Positions 27,085-37,054 of a DNA stretch of 64,000 nucleotides are shown here, piece by piece. The stretch lies in assembly GCA_045614145.1 (NCBI GenBank), contig JAZLCH010000007.1:5806-69805 (forward strand). Direction: 5' to 3'. A program made the position numbers and the translations under genes. This DNA is from Candidatus Enterousia sp. Lineage in GTDB: Bacteria; Pseudomonadota; Alphaproteobacteria; Rs-D84. Each line of letters begins with the position of its first letter. The first letter of the stretch is position 1. The notes under the pieces were generated by a model. The model saw nothing but the letters and a program-made list of their open reading frames with translations, was not told the DNA's origin and did no database searches.

Positions 27085-27981
27085 ATGAAAAAGTTCATTT
27101 CTGTTGTTTTATCTGTTTTGTGTATTGTTCCTGCTGTCGCGGCAACAGGCCGGGGACGCGCAGGAAATACACTGTCTGCACAGATGGATGCGGCGCAGGA
27201 ACGCGCGGGCGTTGTTTCGAAAAATCAGATCTCCGCCATGGCGGGATTGGCGCCTGAGACCGTTGTTGTTCAAAAATCCAGCCTCAAGGTTGATAATGAT
27301 GTTACTGATGATATCACGACAGATGCGATGATTGCGCCAGATGTAACAATTTCTGGTGGTGCACTAAAGGATATGCGTGAAAAGGAAAAAGGTGCCTGTA
27401 TCGCTAATAATATTGGTGTGGGGAATACTTTTGTTTGGGCGTCGCGTTACAGCAATCTGAACAGTTATTCAACAATGGTGGAAGATATTGAAAATCCAGA
27501 AAATAATACATGCTTTGTTAAGGTTGAATTAAAATCAAACGATTCGAAAATTGGTGTGTCGGATGTGCCTGTGAAATATTATGAATGGGGACAGAATATT
27601 ACATGTGGCGCGTGGGCTGATTATGATGTGCTGAAAAAACGTATTTTAGATGCTAAAAAAACGGCACGAACATGGGCAACTGTTGCTGGCGCAGTTGGTG
27701 GTGCAGGTGTCGGTGTTGGTGCGATGGAAGCGTTCGGTAACAGATTGATTGGTGGTGATGTAGAAGGACAAAAGCATCTGGAACGAAATAATCCAACCGC
27801 TTTGTTGCGGTCACAGCTGGCGGTGTTAAAACAAGATAATCAGGCAGAATATAAAAAGTTTATTAGTAATTTAAGGGTGCTGAAGTTGGAATGTGCCAAG
27901 GAACATGTTTTGAATTCAGATGATATTGAGCTGAAGGCGATGTGTGAAGACTTTAAGCCTGTATTTGATTTGGCTGTGTAA
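27085..27981 (+). CDS. Secreted hypothetical protein, 298 aa
   Basis: Signal peptide MKKFISVVLSVLCIVPAVAA. No recognisable domain. Own terminator. Confidence 0.5.
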   Translation: MKKFISVVLSVLCIVPAVAATGRGRAGNTLSAQMDAAQERAGVVSKNQISAMAGLAPETVVVQKSSLKVDNDVTDDITTDAMIAPDVTISGGALKDMREKEKGACIANNIGVGNTFVWASRYSNLNSYSTMVEDIENPENNTCFVKVELKSNDSKIGVSDVPVKYYEWGQNITCGAWADYDVLKKRILDAKKTARTWATVAGAVGGAGVGVGAMEAFGNRLIGGDVEGQKHLERNNPTALLRSQLAVLKQDNQAEYKKFISNLRVLKLECAKEHVLNSDDIELKAMCEDFKPVFDLAV

Positions 27982-27985
27982 ATAG

Positions 27986-28012
27986 AAAAATCCCGCAAGA
28001 CGGGATTTTTTA
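27986..28012 (+). terminator. Terminator
   Basis: ATCCCGCAAGACGGGAT hairpin followed by T6. Confidence 0.65.
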
Positions 28013-28030
28013 ATGAAATATGTGTAGTAA

Positions 28031-29062
28031 TTGTCGTATAGTGCGTATATGTCAGATGTGTTTAATAAGTTATTGATATTGCGCAGCCCAGGTATTGGGC
28101 CAGCAAGATATAATGATTTGCTGAGGCAATTTGAAACGCCAGCAGCAGCGGTCGATTTTTTGAATGTTAGTGATGAGATGCGCGATTCTGTTCTGCGTGA
28201 AATGGAACGTGCTGAACAACTGGGGGTGCGTTATATCTGTGATACCGATGCGCAATATCCAGAAAATTTACGTGCGGTCAAAAATCATGCGCCTGTTATT
28301 AGTGTGCGCGGAAATTTGAGCGTGCTGGGCAAGAAAATGGTCGCTGTGGTTGGTACCAGGCATGCGACTGCCACAGGGATGGGGTTCGTTGCCGATATCG
28401 CCCAGAAATTTGCAGAACATAATTATGCAGTTGTGTCGGGAATGGCAATCGGAACAGATACGGCGGCACACCGTGGCGCGTTGCGGGCAAATGAAAATGC
28501 AGTCACAATTGCAGTACTGGCCGGTGGGGTGGACTATGTCTGGCCACTTGAAAACGAATCGTTATATTATGAAATATTAGAACGTGGGCTGGTGATTAGT
28601 GAAATGCCAGTCGGGTTTGTGCCGGTTGCAACAAACTTTGTCCAACGTAATAAGTTGATTGCAGGATTGGGGGAAAAATTAATTCTGGGCGAGGCTGATT
28701 TAAAATCAGGTTCAATGACAACTGCGCGATTCGCAATTGATATGAAACGTGAAATCTGGGCAATTCCATCGCATCCTGCAGATTTGCGCGCGTTTGGGCC
28801 AAATTCACTGATTCGGGATGGGGTGGCGCGCATGTGTATGGGGGCGGATGATTTTTTCGGGACAATAAAAAAAGATGTAAAAATTTTAAAAAAAGTTGAT
28901 GCGGAAAATAATCTGATTGACGCATTGGGAATGATTCCGGTATCAGAATCTGTATTGGCAGATGTTGTCAAAAAATCTGTTCCGGAAATTAAAGCGCAGT
29001 TGGTCGTTTTAGAATTGCAGGGTCTTGTGCGAAAAGTTGATGGTGGATATGTTCGCGCATAG
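28031..29062 (+). CDS. dprA: DNA processing protein DprA (Smf)
   Basis: Rossmann-like DprA core GTRHATATGMGFVADIAQKFAEHNYAVVSGMAIGTDTAAHRGAL. 343 aa. Confidence 0.85.
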   Translation: MSYSAYMSDVFNKLLILRSPGIGPARYNDLLRQFETPAAAVDFLNVSDEMRDSVLREMERAEQLGVRYICDTDAQYPENLRAVKNHAPVISVRGNLSVLGKKMVAVVGTRHATATGMGFVADIAQKFAEHNYAVVSGMAIGTDTAAHRGALRANENAVTIAVLAGGVDYVWPLENESLYYEILERGLVISEMPVGFVPVATNFVQRNKLIAGLGEKLILGEADLKSGSMTTARFAIDMKREIWAIPSHPADLRAFGPNSLIRDGVARMCMGADDFFGTIKKDVKILKKVDAENNLIDALGMIPVSESVLADVVKKSVPEIKAQLVVLELQGLVRKVDGGYVRA

Positions 29063-29460
29063 GAAAAATGTTGTCTATACACTGTATATACAAATGGCAG
29101 AAAACAGGCGGAAAAACGAATCGTTGTCAAAAAATAAAAGTGTTTTTTTGAGGGAAGATTTGCTTGTAAACCGGAAATAATGTTTTAACTTGTTTGTCGT
29201 ATCCAAAACGAGAAGAAGGTAATCAAAAAACAAGATTGGTTTTATTAATGGCATTAATTGTAACAGCCGGAAAATAAAATTAATCTATAACATTTAAAGA
29301 ACGCGAGAGAGTTTTAGTAGGACAATATAAAATACCATGAAAGTGGCGTTTTATGTAGGTGACTTTTACAACCTGGATTCGAAGAAATAAGTCTGGTTGT
29401 AGAATATAAGGTCTGGGATGGATAACTCTTTTGAAAAAAAAGAAAAAGGGAGAAAAGGGC

Positions 29461-30741
29461 ATGCAGACAATGGCGGCAAAATCACAAATGACAAACTTGG
29501 AAACAATCAAGGGGGCCATTGCCGCAAAAATTGATGCAGCATCTTTTACTTCTTGGATTGCACCTTTGTCTTTTGATGTTGTTGATGGTGTTTTGGTTTT
29601 GGGCGCACAGAATCAGTTCTCGGCAGATTTTATTAACAGTGTTCATTTCGGTGCAATTTCATCGGTAGCGGCAGAATTTGGCTTGACAGCATCAGTTGTA
29701 GTTCGTGCGGCAAAACAAACAGTCGCGCCAGTCGCAAATGATAATCGTGCCCAGGCATATGCGCCAGCGGCACCGGTTGCATCTAATACGCTTGCGTTTG
29801 ATTCTTTTGTTTGTTCAGATGAAAATTTGTTTGTTGTTTCTGCGGGTAAAAAAGTCGCAGCGGGGTCGGTTCCTTTTTCTCCACTGTTTATTTACGGGCC
29901 AGCGGGGGCGGGTAAATCTTTGTTGACAGAATGCATCGCAGGCGCATCAACTGCAAAAGTTGTTAAAATGAGTGGCGCACAGTTTGTTTCTGAATTCACA
30001 CGCAGCCTGAAAGAACATAATGTTTTCGCGTTCAAGGATTTTTGTCGTAATTGTGATACTTTTATTTTAGACGATGTTCAGGCATTGTCTGGCAAGAAAG
30101 CGTCAACCGAAGAATTTATGCAGTTGGTTGTTGATTTGCGCGGGGCGGGTAAAAATGTTGTACTGACTGCAAATGCGATGCCAGGTAATCTGACAGGTTT
30201 TGACCGTCATGCACAGTCTTTGATGGCGTCTGGTTTGGTTGCGGATGTTGTGGCACCAAATGCACATGTAAAATCTGTTATGCTGATGCGCGCAGGTGTG
30301 AAATCTGATGTTGCGAATACACTGGCGGGGCGTATCGCAAATGATGGTCACATGATTGCAGGTGTTGCAACAAAAATCAAAGCGTATACAGATTTGATGG
30401 GGGCGTGTGTTGATATGTCGGTTGCAACGCGTCTGTTGGCGGATACGCTGCAGGTGGTTAAGACACCGGTTGCAATGGTTAAGATGATGTGTGAAAAATT
30501 GGGTGTGTCTTATGATGCTGTTTGTGGGGCGGGGCGCAGCCGCAGCCTGGTGTTGGCGCGTCAGATTATGATGAGCGTTTTAAAAGAAGCGACACAGTTG
30601 TCTTTGTCTGAAATTGGTAATTTTGTTGGTGGTCGTGATCATGCCACGGTTTTGTACGCGATTAAGCAGATTGAAAAGAATGTTGCAGGGGATTTGGTAT
30701 TGGCAGCACAGATTCAACAGTTGGTTGAAGAATGCAAATAA
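29461..30741 (+). CDS. dnaA: Chromosomal replication initiator DnaA (divergent)
   Basis: Walker A IYGPAGAGKSLL, the box VII region, and C-terminal domain IV GRDHATVLYAIKQIEK. The ORF-table start at 29431 (MKKKKKGEKG) lies in the A-rich RBS region; the start at 29461 is preferred. Confidence 0.75.
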   Translation: MQTMAAKSQMTNLETIKGAIAAKIDAASFTSWIAPLSFDVVDGVLVLGAQNQFSADFINSVHFGAISSVAAEFGLTASVVVRAAKQTVAPVANDNRAQAYAPAAPVASNTLAFDSFVCSDENLFVVSAGKKVAAGSVPFSPLFIYGPAGAGKSLLTECIAGASTAKVVKMSGAQFVSEFTRSLKEHNVFAFKDFCRNCDTFILDDVQALSGKKASTEEFMQLVVDLRGAGKNVVLTANAMPGNLTGFDRHAQSLMASGLVADVVAPNAHVKSVMLMRAGVKSDVANTLAGRIANDGHMIAGVATKIKAYTDLMGACVDMSVATRLLADTLQVVKTPVAMVKMMCEKLGVSYDAVCGAGRSRSLVLARQIMMSVLKEATQLSLSEIGNFVGGRDHATVLYAIKQIEKNVAGDLVLAAQIQQLVEECK

Positions 30742-30808
30742 TTTATTGATATCAGCAGAAGATGTTAGTGAAATATTATGTTTTTTATGGTATAATTAGC
30801 ATCAGAAA

Positions 30809-33079
30809 ATGAAAAAAATGTTATCATTTTTTTTCAGTGTGATTTTAATTGCGCCCTGGGCATTTGGTGCCAGTGGCGCTGTTTCGCGTGTTATTCCAAC
30901 CAGTGTAGCTGATGCCAAAAATCAAGAGATGTCAGGTGGTGGGATTGTTGCGCGTACTGCGACGCGTGCGATATCAGACGCGGGTGAAAAAAGTAGGGGT
31001 GTTGAAAAAACAGATAATGTTGCAGCGCGCAGCACGGTGTCGCGTCTGGTCACCGGTGTGCCAGCGGTTAAACAGGAAAAAGATGTCAAGGTTCAGGCGC
31101 GTGGGGCGGTTGCTTCGCGTTCTGTAAAATCTGGAACGGATGCGCGCAGCGGTTTGGATGCAGCAGTTAATACGGTTGGACGCAATAAGCGTGTCGCAGA
31201 CGCCAGTATAAACAGTAATCCTGCGGTTCGCAGGTTGGGGGTGACATTACGCCCCAGCACGGCCGAGGTTGGTGGACGTGCGACGATTGGTGATACAGGT
31301 GTGCAGACGGGGTCAAATATAGACGAACAATTACGCAATGTGCATTCGCGTGCGGCAAAAAAAGAAATTACAGCCGAAGGTATTGCGGAGGCTAAGACAC
31401 GATTGGAACAGACAGCAGAATTGAATAAGTCGTGTCAGGAACAGTATAATGATTGTATGGATCAATTCTGTGCGGTGATAGATTCAAACCAGGGACGGTG
31501 TTCGTGTTCGTCTAATTTATCCAGGTATACTAAGGTTGAAGAAGCTGTAAAGGATGCGAATAATCAGCTGAACGAGGTTGCGCAGCGTATACGTTATGTT
31601 GGTTTGTCTGCAGACGAGATTCGCGCAATCTTGACCGAGACCGAGGCAGAAGAGGTATTGTCGGGTACAACGGATAATTCTGAAAACAGAAATATGTTGG
31701 AACAGATTGAAGAATTAATTCGTGACCCGGTTTCAAATACGGCGACATTTTCTGGGACAGATGATTTCGGACTGAATATGGATTTGGATTTTTCATCAGA
31801 AAGTGGTGATTTGTTTAATCTGGACTTTTTGAATTTTGGTAATACAGGCAGTTTTTCAAATTTGCGTGGGGCGGAATTGTATCGGGCGGCCAAGAATCGC
31901 TGTAATACGGTTTTAAATCAGTGCAAAGAGGCAGGATCGACAACGTCACAGATTACGGGAAATTATGATTTGGCGATTGATAAAGATTGTATCGCATATG
32001 AAAAAGGATTAAAGAAGATGAATGAAACACTGGTCGCAAATGTGGGCAGTGCGAATCGTATGCTGCAAAAGGCGCGATTGGCCGTGTTGCAGAATAAAAA
32101 CATGTATGATGCCAAGGGGTGTATTGGTGCGTTGGAGGCATGTATGAAGGACGAGATGGTTTGTGGCGAAAAGTACTATAAGTGTATTGACCCAACCAAA
32201 ATATATATTGATGAAAATGCCGAAGTTGTGTTGGGACAACCGGTGTCGCAGATTCAGAATTTTATGACATCTTATAATAATGCAGCGATTAATAAGGACT
32301 TTTTGAAAGGTGCGTATGAGACAATAACTATAAATACGACAAATTGTACGGGGGAAAATGGTCCCAAATGTGTTGCCAAATATTTGTTACAAAAAATTGG
32401 AACCAAGCAAAAGGTGACGGATGAAGGGTTGTGTCGCGCGGTTTTGGACAAGTGTCAGGCGTATACATATAATTCCGAAGGTGTTTATCAACCATATAAT
32501 GATGTTGTTGTGAATTATATTCAGCGTGCAATGGTGAACATTCGTGCGGCCCAAAGTATGGCAATTTCAGAATATGCATCAACGTGTATCGTTGATATCG
32601 CAGATTGTTATAATTCACAGATAACCCAGGTTAATTCATGGGCCTCAGGTGCAAATGTGGGCAGTGTTCAAAAGGTTCTGGCCGGGGCATGTCGTAATGT
32701 GGCACTGACCTGTGCATATGCAGTGTTCAAGGATGATACGGATAGTTGTCCATCGAAAGATCCTGCGACTTGTATTGCTTCGATTTCAGAAATGTTCTAT
32801 CAATCGTTGTTATGTCCGGAAAATTCAATGTATGAAGCTAGCGGGAAGGATGATGAAAAAACTGATAGCGAGAAAGCAAAGTATGTTAATTTGCATTGTA
32901 AATGTAATGAGGGGTATCAGGTATTTGGTGGTGCGTGTTTGGTTAACTGTGGTGGTTTAGAAAACCGTGACAGTTATGGCGTTTGTCAGTGTGTAGAGAA
33001 TGCTTCTTTGAAGAACGGTGTGTGTTATTGTGATGAAGGATATGAAAAAAAAGATAACACCTGTGAAAAGAAAAAATAA
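30809..33079 (+). CDS. Large secreted Cys-rich protein with an EGF-like C-terminal region, 756 aa
   Basis: Signal peptide. The N-terminal region has repeated A-x-R-S/T motifs. The C-terminus is CKCNEGYQVFGGACLVNC...CQCVENASLKNGVCYCDEGYEKKDNTCEKK. Own terminator. Confidence 0.55.
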   Translation: MKKMLSFFFSVILIAPWAFGASGAVSRVIPTSVADAKNQEMSGGGIVARTATRAISDAGEKSRGVEKTDNVAARSTVSRLVTGVPAVKQEKDVKVQARGAVASRSVKSGTDARSGLDAAVNTVGRNKRVADASINSNPAVRRLGVTLRPSTAEVGGRATIGDTGVQTGSNIDEQLRNVHSRAAKKEITAEGIAEAKTRLEQTAELNKSCQEQYNDCMDQFCAVIDSNQGRCSCSSNLSRYTKVEEAVKDANNQLNEVAQRIRYVGLSADEIRAILTETEAEEVLSGTTDNSENRNMLEQIEELIRDPVSNTATFSGTDDFGLNMDLDFSSESGDLFNLDFLNFGNTGSFSNLRGAELYRAAKNRCNTVLNQCKEAGSTTSQITGNYDLAIDKDCIAYEKGLKKMNETLVANVGSANRMLQKARLAVLQNKNMYDAKGCIGALEACMKDEMVCGEKYYKCIDPTKIYIDENAEVVLGQPVSQIQNFMTSYNNAAINKDFLKGAYETITINTTNCTGENGPKCVAKYLLQKIGTKQKVTDEGLCRAVLDKCQAYTYNSEGVYQPYNDVVVNYIQRAMVNIRAAQSMAISEYASTCIVDIADCYNSQITQVNSWASGANVGSVQKVLAGACRNVALTCAYAVFKDDTDSCPSKDPATCIASISEMFYQSLLCPENSMYEASGKDDEKTDSEKAKYVNLHCKCNEGYQVFGGACLVNCGGLENRDSYGVCQCVENASLKNGVCYCDEGYEKKDNTCEKKK

Positions 33080-33106
33080 AACCGGCGATTGCCGGTTTTT
33101 ATCTTT
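33080..33106. terminator. Bidirectional terminator
   Basis: ACCGGCGATTGCCGGT hairpin with T-runs on both strands. Confidence 0.7.
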
Positions 33107-33114
33107 TAATTTTT

Positions 33115-35094
33115 TTATACGAACAAGTCTTTTACAAATTGGGCGTGTTCTGTTATGAACTTGAATCGAAATTCTGGTTTTTTTCCCATCAGTTCAGAAA
33201 CAATCGTACGTGTTTTTTCCGTGTCTTCGGCCCCTTCTTCGGTGCGGGGGGGCAGGTCAACACGTATCAAACGACGCGTTTTTGGGGACATGGTTGTTTC
33301 TTTTAGTTGATTGGGCATCATTTCACCAAGTCCCTTGAATCGTGATATTTCAACGCGTTTGTTTTTATATTTGTTTGCCTTTAAATTTTCCAATTCTTCG
33401 TCCGTATCAACGTAAATCGATTCGGTGCCACATGTTAATTTATACAGCGGAGGACATGATAAATATAGGTGGCCACCATAGATTAATTGAGGCATGAATT
33501 GATAAAAGAACGCCATCAGTAATGATGCAATATGGCTGCCGTCAACGTCGGCATCGGTCATGATAATTATTTTTTCATAACGCAATTTGTCTTGGTTCCA
33601 ATCTTTGGCAGTGCCGGCCCCGATAATGTCTATAAGGTCATTTAATTCTTTGTTCGCACCGAATCGTTCGTCGGAATTTGATATAACATTTAAAACCTTG
33701 CCACGCAGGGGCATAATTGCCTGGGTCGCACGATCGCGTGCCTGTTTTGCGGTGCCGCCAGCTGATTCCCCCTCAACAATAAATAATTCTGTGCCGGCGA
33801 TACCATGTTTGGAGCAATCCGCCAATTTTGCGGGCATGCGAATGCGTTTCGTTGGTGTTTTGCGCGCAACATCTTTGACCTGTTTTGTCTTAATACGCGC
33901 ATTTGCCAAATTGATTACAAATTCCAGTAATGCGTTTGCAGTCTTTGGGTCAGATGCCAAAAACATTTCCCATGGGTCGCGCAGTGCGTTTTCTGTATAG
34001 CGGGCAATTTCTGGGTTGGACAGTTTTTCTTTGGTCTGGCCCAAAAATTGTGGCGTTTTGTAAAACACAGATACGATTGCAGCAACGGAATCAAATACAT
34101 CTTCGCCGATGATTGATGCGGCGGCCTTGTTATTTGTTTTTTCGCCGTATGCTTTAAGCCCCTTGGTAATTGCGGATTTAAAGCCCGTTTCGTGTGTGCC
34201 ACCGTCAATTGTTGCAATTGTATTACAGTATGATGAAAAGAATCCATCATCAGATGCCGCGCCATTTTCGTCTGTTAAAAATGTCAGCGCCCATTCAACG
34301 CGCCCGCAGTCGTCAGGGAAATCAACGCTGCCACTGAAAATGCGTGGCAGGATGCGCGGTTTTGAATCTGTTTTCTCTGCCAGGAAGTCTGCAACACCAT
34401 TTGGATAATAAAATGTTGTTGTGGCAGGGATGTTCATGTCTTCGGTTAGTAATTCGGGATTGCAATGCCAATCAATTTTTACACCGCGGGACAGGAACGC
34501 CTTGGCACGGGCCATGCGGTAAATCTTGATTGGTTTAAAGGTCGCGTTCGTACCGAATATGTCATCATCAATTGTAAAGCGAATCTTGGTGCCGTGGTTT
34601 TTTGTTGCATCCCCGCGGGTCATGGGGGACGTGGTCAGACCACGTGAAAACGTCTGGTGCCAGTTATAGCCATCACGTGCAATATCAACAACCATTTCTG
34701 ATGACAGGGCATTCACAACCGCCGAGCCAACGCCGTGCAGACCGCCACTGGTCTTATAAACATTATTGTTAAATTTACCGCCAGAATGAAGGGTGGTTAA
34801 AATAACCTCTAGGGCGGATTTGCCAGGGTATTTGGGGTGTTCATCAACGGGGATGCCACGTCCGTCGTCTGCGATTTCAATTGTTTTAGAATCAATTAAA
34901 TTTACGGTGATTTTCTTGGCAAAACCAGCGACGGCTTCGTCAATAGAATTGTCCATTATTTCAATTGGCAGGTGGTGCCATGCCTTTTCATCTGTGCCGC
35001 CGATGTACATTCCAGGGCGCAGACGTACGGGTTCCAATCCTTCCAACACCTGAATGTCGGACGCGTCATATGTGTTTGTCTTTTTCTCTGTCAT
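33115..35094 (-). CDS. parE: DNA topoisomerase IV subunit B (type IIA topoisomerase B subunit)
   Basis: GHKL ATPase N-terminus, TOPRIM domain, EGDSAGG. At 659 aa it lacks the GyrB insert, which favours ParE. Confidence 0.8.
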   Translation of the reverse strand: MTEKKTNTYDASDIQVLEGLEPVRLRPGMYIGGTDEKAWHHLPIEIMDNSIDEAVAGFAKKITVNLIDSKTIEIADDGRGIPVDEHPKYPGKSALEVILTTLHSGGKFNNNVYKTSGGLHGVGSAVVNALSSEMVVDIARDGYNWHQTFSRGLTTSPMTRGDATKNHGTKIRFTIDDDIFGTNATFKPIKIYRMARAKAFLSRGVKIDWHCNPELLTEDMNIPATTTFYYPNGVADFLAEKTDSKPRILPRIFSGSVDFPDDCGRVEWALTFLTDENGAASDDGFFSSYCNTIATIDGGTHETGFKSAITKGLKAYGEKTNNKAAASIIGEDVFDSVAAIVSVFYKTPQFLGQTKEKLSNPEIARYTENALRDPWEMFLASDPKTANALLEFVINLANARIKTKQVKDVARKTPTKRIRMPAKLADCSKHGIAGTELFIVEGESAGGTAKQARDRATQAIMPLRGKVLNVISNSDERFGANKELNDLIDIIGAGTAKDWNQDKLRYEKIIIMTDADVDGSHIASLLMAFFYQFMPQLIYGGHLYLSCPPLYKLTCGTESIYVDTDEELENLKANKYKNKRVEISRFKGLGEMMPNQLKETTMSPKTRRLIRVDLPPRTEEGAEDTEKTRTIVSELMGKKPEFRFKFITEHAQFVKDLFV

Positions 35095-35224
35095 AATGAT
35101 GTATTATTAAAACATTTTTGAATTTTGTGCAAGCCTAAAGAATTTCTGCCTAAATCATATTTTGGGGTTGAATTTTTGTTGTGGGCGACTATATATGTGT
35201 TAACAACAAACCATATGGAAAATA

Positions 35225-36361
35225 ATGATGAATAAAAACCCGTACGAAGTCTTGGGCGTGGCCCGTGATGCGTCTGATGCTGATATTAAAAAGGCGTATC
35301 ATAAGTTGGTGATGAAATATCATCCAGACAGAAATCCAGATAACAAAGATGCAGAAGAAAAGTTCAAGGAAGTTAATAATGCATTTGATATTCTAAAAGA
35401 TCCGCAAAAACGCGCGGCCTATGACCGATTTGGTGATGCGGCATTTGCAAATGGTAATGGGGCGGGGGCTGGCTTTGGCGGTGGCAATCCGTTCGGCGAT
35501 GGTGCGTTTCACTTTAATATGGGTGGTGGCGCAGGTATGGAAGATATCCTGCGCGAGGCTATGCGTGGATTTGGGTTTGGTGACTTTGGCGGTGGGGCGT
35601 CCGGGCGCAGCGCGCAACAACGCGGTGGACGTGACCTGCTGGACGAAGTGGTAATTGATTTAAAAGATGCTTATTTTGGCAAGACGCATACAGTTAAATT
35701 TTCCAGTAATGTAGAATGCGAAAAATGTCATGGAAATGGTACGGCCGATGGTAAACCGGCGCCTGTCTGTTCGCGTTGTGGCGGCAGTGGATTTGTCCAT
35801 ACCCGCCAAGGTTTCTTTGCGATGGAGGCGCCGTGTCCAGAATGTAATGGCCTGGGCAGAAAGATTAGTAAAAAGTGCAGCGCATGTGATGGTACAGGTA
35901 CACAACATAAACAGCGCACATTAGAAGTAAAAATTCCAGCAGGAATCGAAGATGGTGCGCGCCTGCGTCTGGCTGGTCAGGGTGAAGCGGGGGCAAATGG
36001 GGCGCCTGCAGGGGATTTTTATTTAGATGTACGGATTCGTCCAGATAAACGGTTCGAGCGTCAGGGAAATAATCTGGTTGTGCGTATGGATGTTCCGTTT
36101 ACAACACTGGCCCTGGGGGGCGAGATTGAAGTTGAAACAATCGATGATAAAAAACTGTCGGTCAAGGTGCCGGCCGGTACCCAGGTTGGTGAAAAGCTGC
36201 GTGTGCGCGGCCATGGCATGCCATCGGTTCGTCGCGCAGAGGCGTATGGGGATTTGTATATAGATGTTGCAATTAAAATCCCAACAAAATTATCTGAGAG
36301 GCAGAAAAAGATTTTGAATGAATTTGCAGACGCCAAAGATGATAAAAAAGGGTGGTTCTGA
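35225..36361 (+). CDS. dnaJ: Chaperone DnaJ
   Basis: J-domain with HPD, a Gly-rich linker, and four CxxCxGxG zinc-finger repeats. Confidence 0.9.
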   Translation: MMNKNPYEVLGVARDASDADIKKAYHKLVMKYHPDRNPDNKDAEEKFKEVNNAFDILKDPQKRAAYDRFGDAAFANGNGAGAGFGGGNPFGDGAFHFNMGGGAGMEDILREAMRGFGFGDFGGGASGRSAQQRGGRDLLDEVVIDLKDAYFGKTHTVKFSSNVECEKCHGNGTADGKPAPVCSRCGGSGFVHTRQGFFAMEAPCPECNGLGRKISKKCSACDGTGTQHKQRTLEVKIPAGIEDGARLRLAGQGEAGANGAPAGDFYLDVRIRPDKRFERQGNNLVVRMDVPFTTLALGGEIEVETIDDKKLSVKVPAGTQVGEKLRVRGHGMPSVRRAEAYGDLYIDVAIKIPTKLSERQKKILNEFADAKDDKKGWF

Positions 36362-36371
36362 TAAAAAATAA

Positions 36372-36398
36372 AAACCGGCAAATATGCCGGTTTTTATG
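36372..36398. terminator. Bidirectional terminator
   Basis: ACCGGCAAATATGCCGGT hairpin followed by T-runs. Confidence 0.7.
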
Positions 36399-36415
36399 TG
36401 TATAGCGCGTTTTTT

Positions 36416-37015
36416 TTATTTAATCTTTTTCATGTGTCCCAGGAATGTTTTTGTGTACTGGGTTGCAGACCAGATGGATGCCAGTAACGAAATCCATAAT
36501 CCATAAATACCAATTTGTGGCAGGATGTAAATCATGTACATTAATGTGCGACTGTCGGTATTTGGTTTTATTAATGTGCCGATGGCAAAGATTAATAAAA
36601 ACGCTGCGATTGAAATCATTTGAAATGTCGTTTTGATTTTGCCCATAGAGAAGCGTGCTTTGGGGACAGGCATTTCAATCTTTTGTGTGCCCAGGAATTC
36701 GCGCAGGCCAGATATATATAATTCACGCGCAATCATTATTATAACGGGGACTACAACAAACCATACCGGCATCATAACCGTTAGCATAATTAATGTATTA
36801 ACAACCAGTAATTTGTCGCCAATGTGGTCCATTACACCGCCGATTTTTGTGCAGACATTGTATTTGCGTGCCAGATAGCCATCAAACCAATCTGACATTG
36901 CAGCCAATGCAAATAAAATAAATGTGGTCCAATACATTTGGAACATTAGTGTCGGTATTATTGCAAACGAGGCTGCAATCCGAAATGCAGATAAAAAATT
37001 TACAAAGAATTTCAT
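36416..37015 (-). CDS. pgsA: CDP-diacylglycerol--glycerol-3-phosphate 3-phosphatidyltransferase (CDP-alcohol phosphatidyltransferase family)
   Basis: DWFDGYLAR...GGVMDHIGDKLLV motif. 199 aa. Confidence 0.8.
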   Translation of the reverse strand: MKFFVNFLSAFRIAASFAIIPTLMFQMYWTTFILFALAAMSDWFDGYLARKYNVCTKIGGVMDHIGDKLLVVNTLIMLTVMMPVWFVVVPVIIMIARELYISGLREFLGTQKIEMPVPKARFSMGKIKTTFQMISIAAFLLIFAIGTLIKPNTDSRTLMYMIYILPQIGIYGLWISLLASIWSATQYTKTFLGHMKKIK

Positions 37016-37054
37016 ATGTGTCTCCTTTTTTTGATTCTATATGAATTGCTTTAA

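Noticed and set aside
28567-29130. 187-aa ORF on the - strand
   Set aside because: Antisense to dprA.
29431-29460. Lys-run N-terminal extension (MKKKKKGEKG) of DnaA
   Set aside because: Arises from the A-rich Shine-Dalgarno region (AAAAGGGAGAAAAGGGC). The ATG at 29461 is the more plausible start.
33587-34000. 137-aa ORF on the + strand and several 60-116 aa ORFs
   Set aside because: All lie inside parE on the opposite strand.
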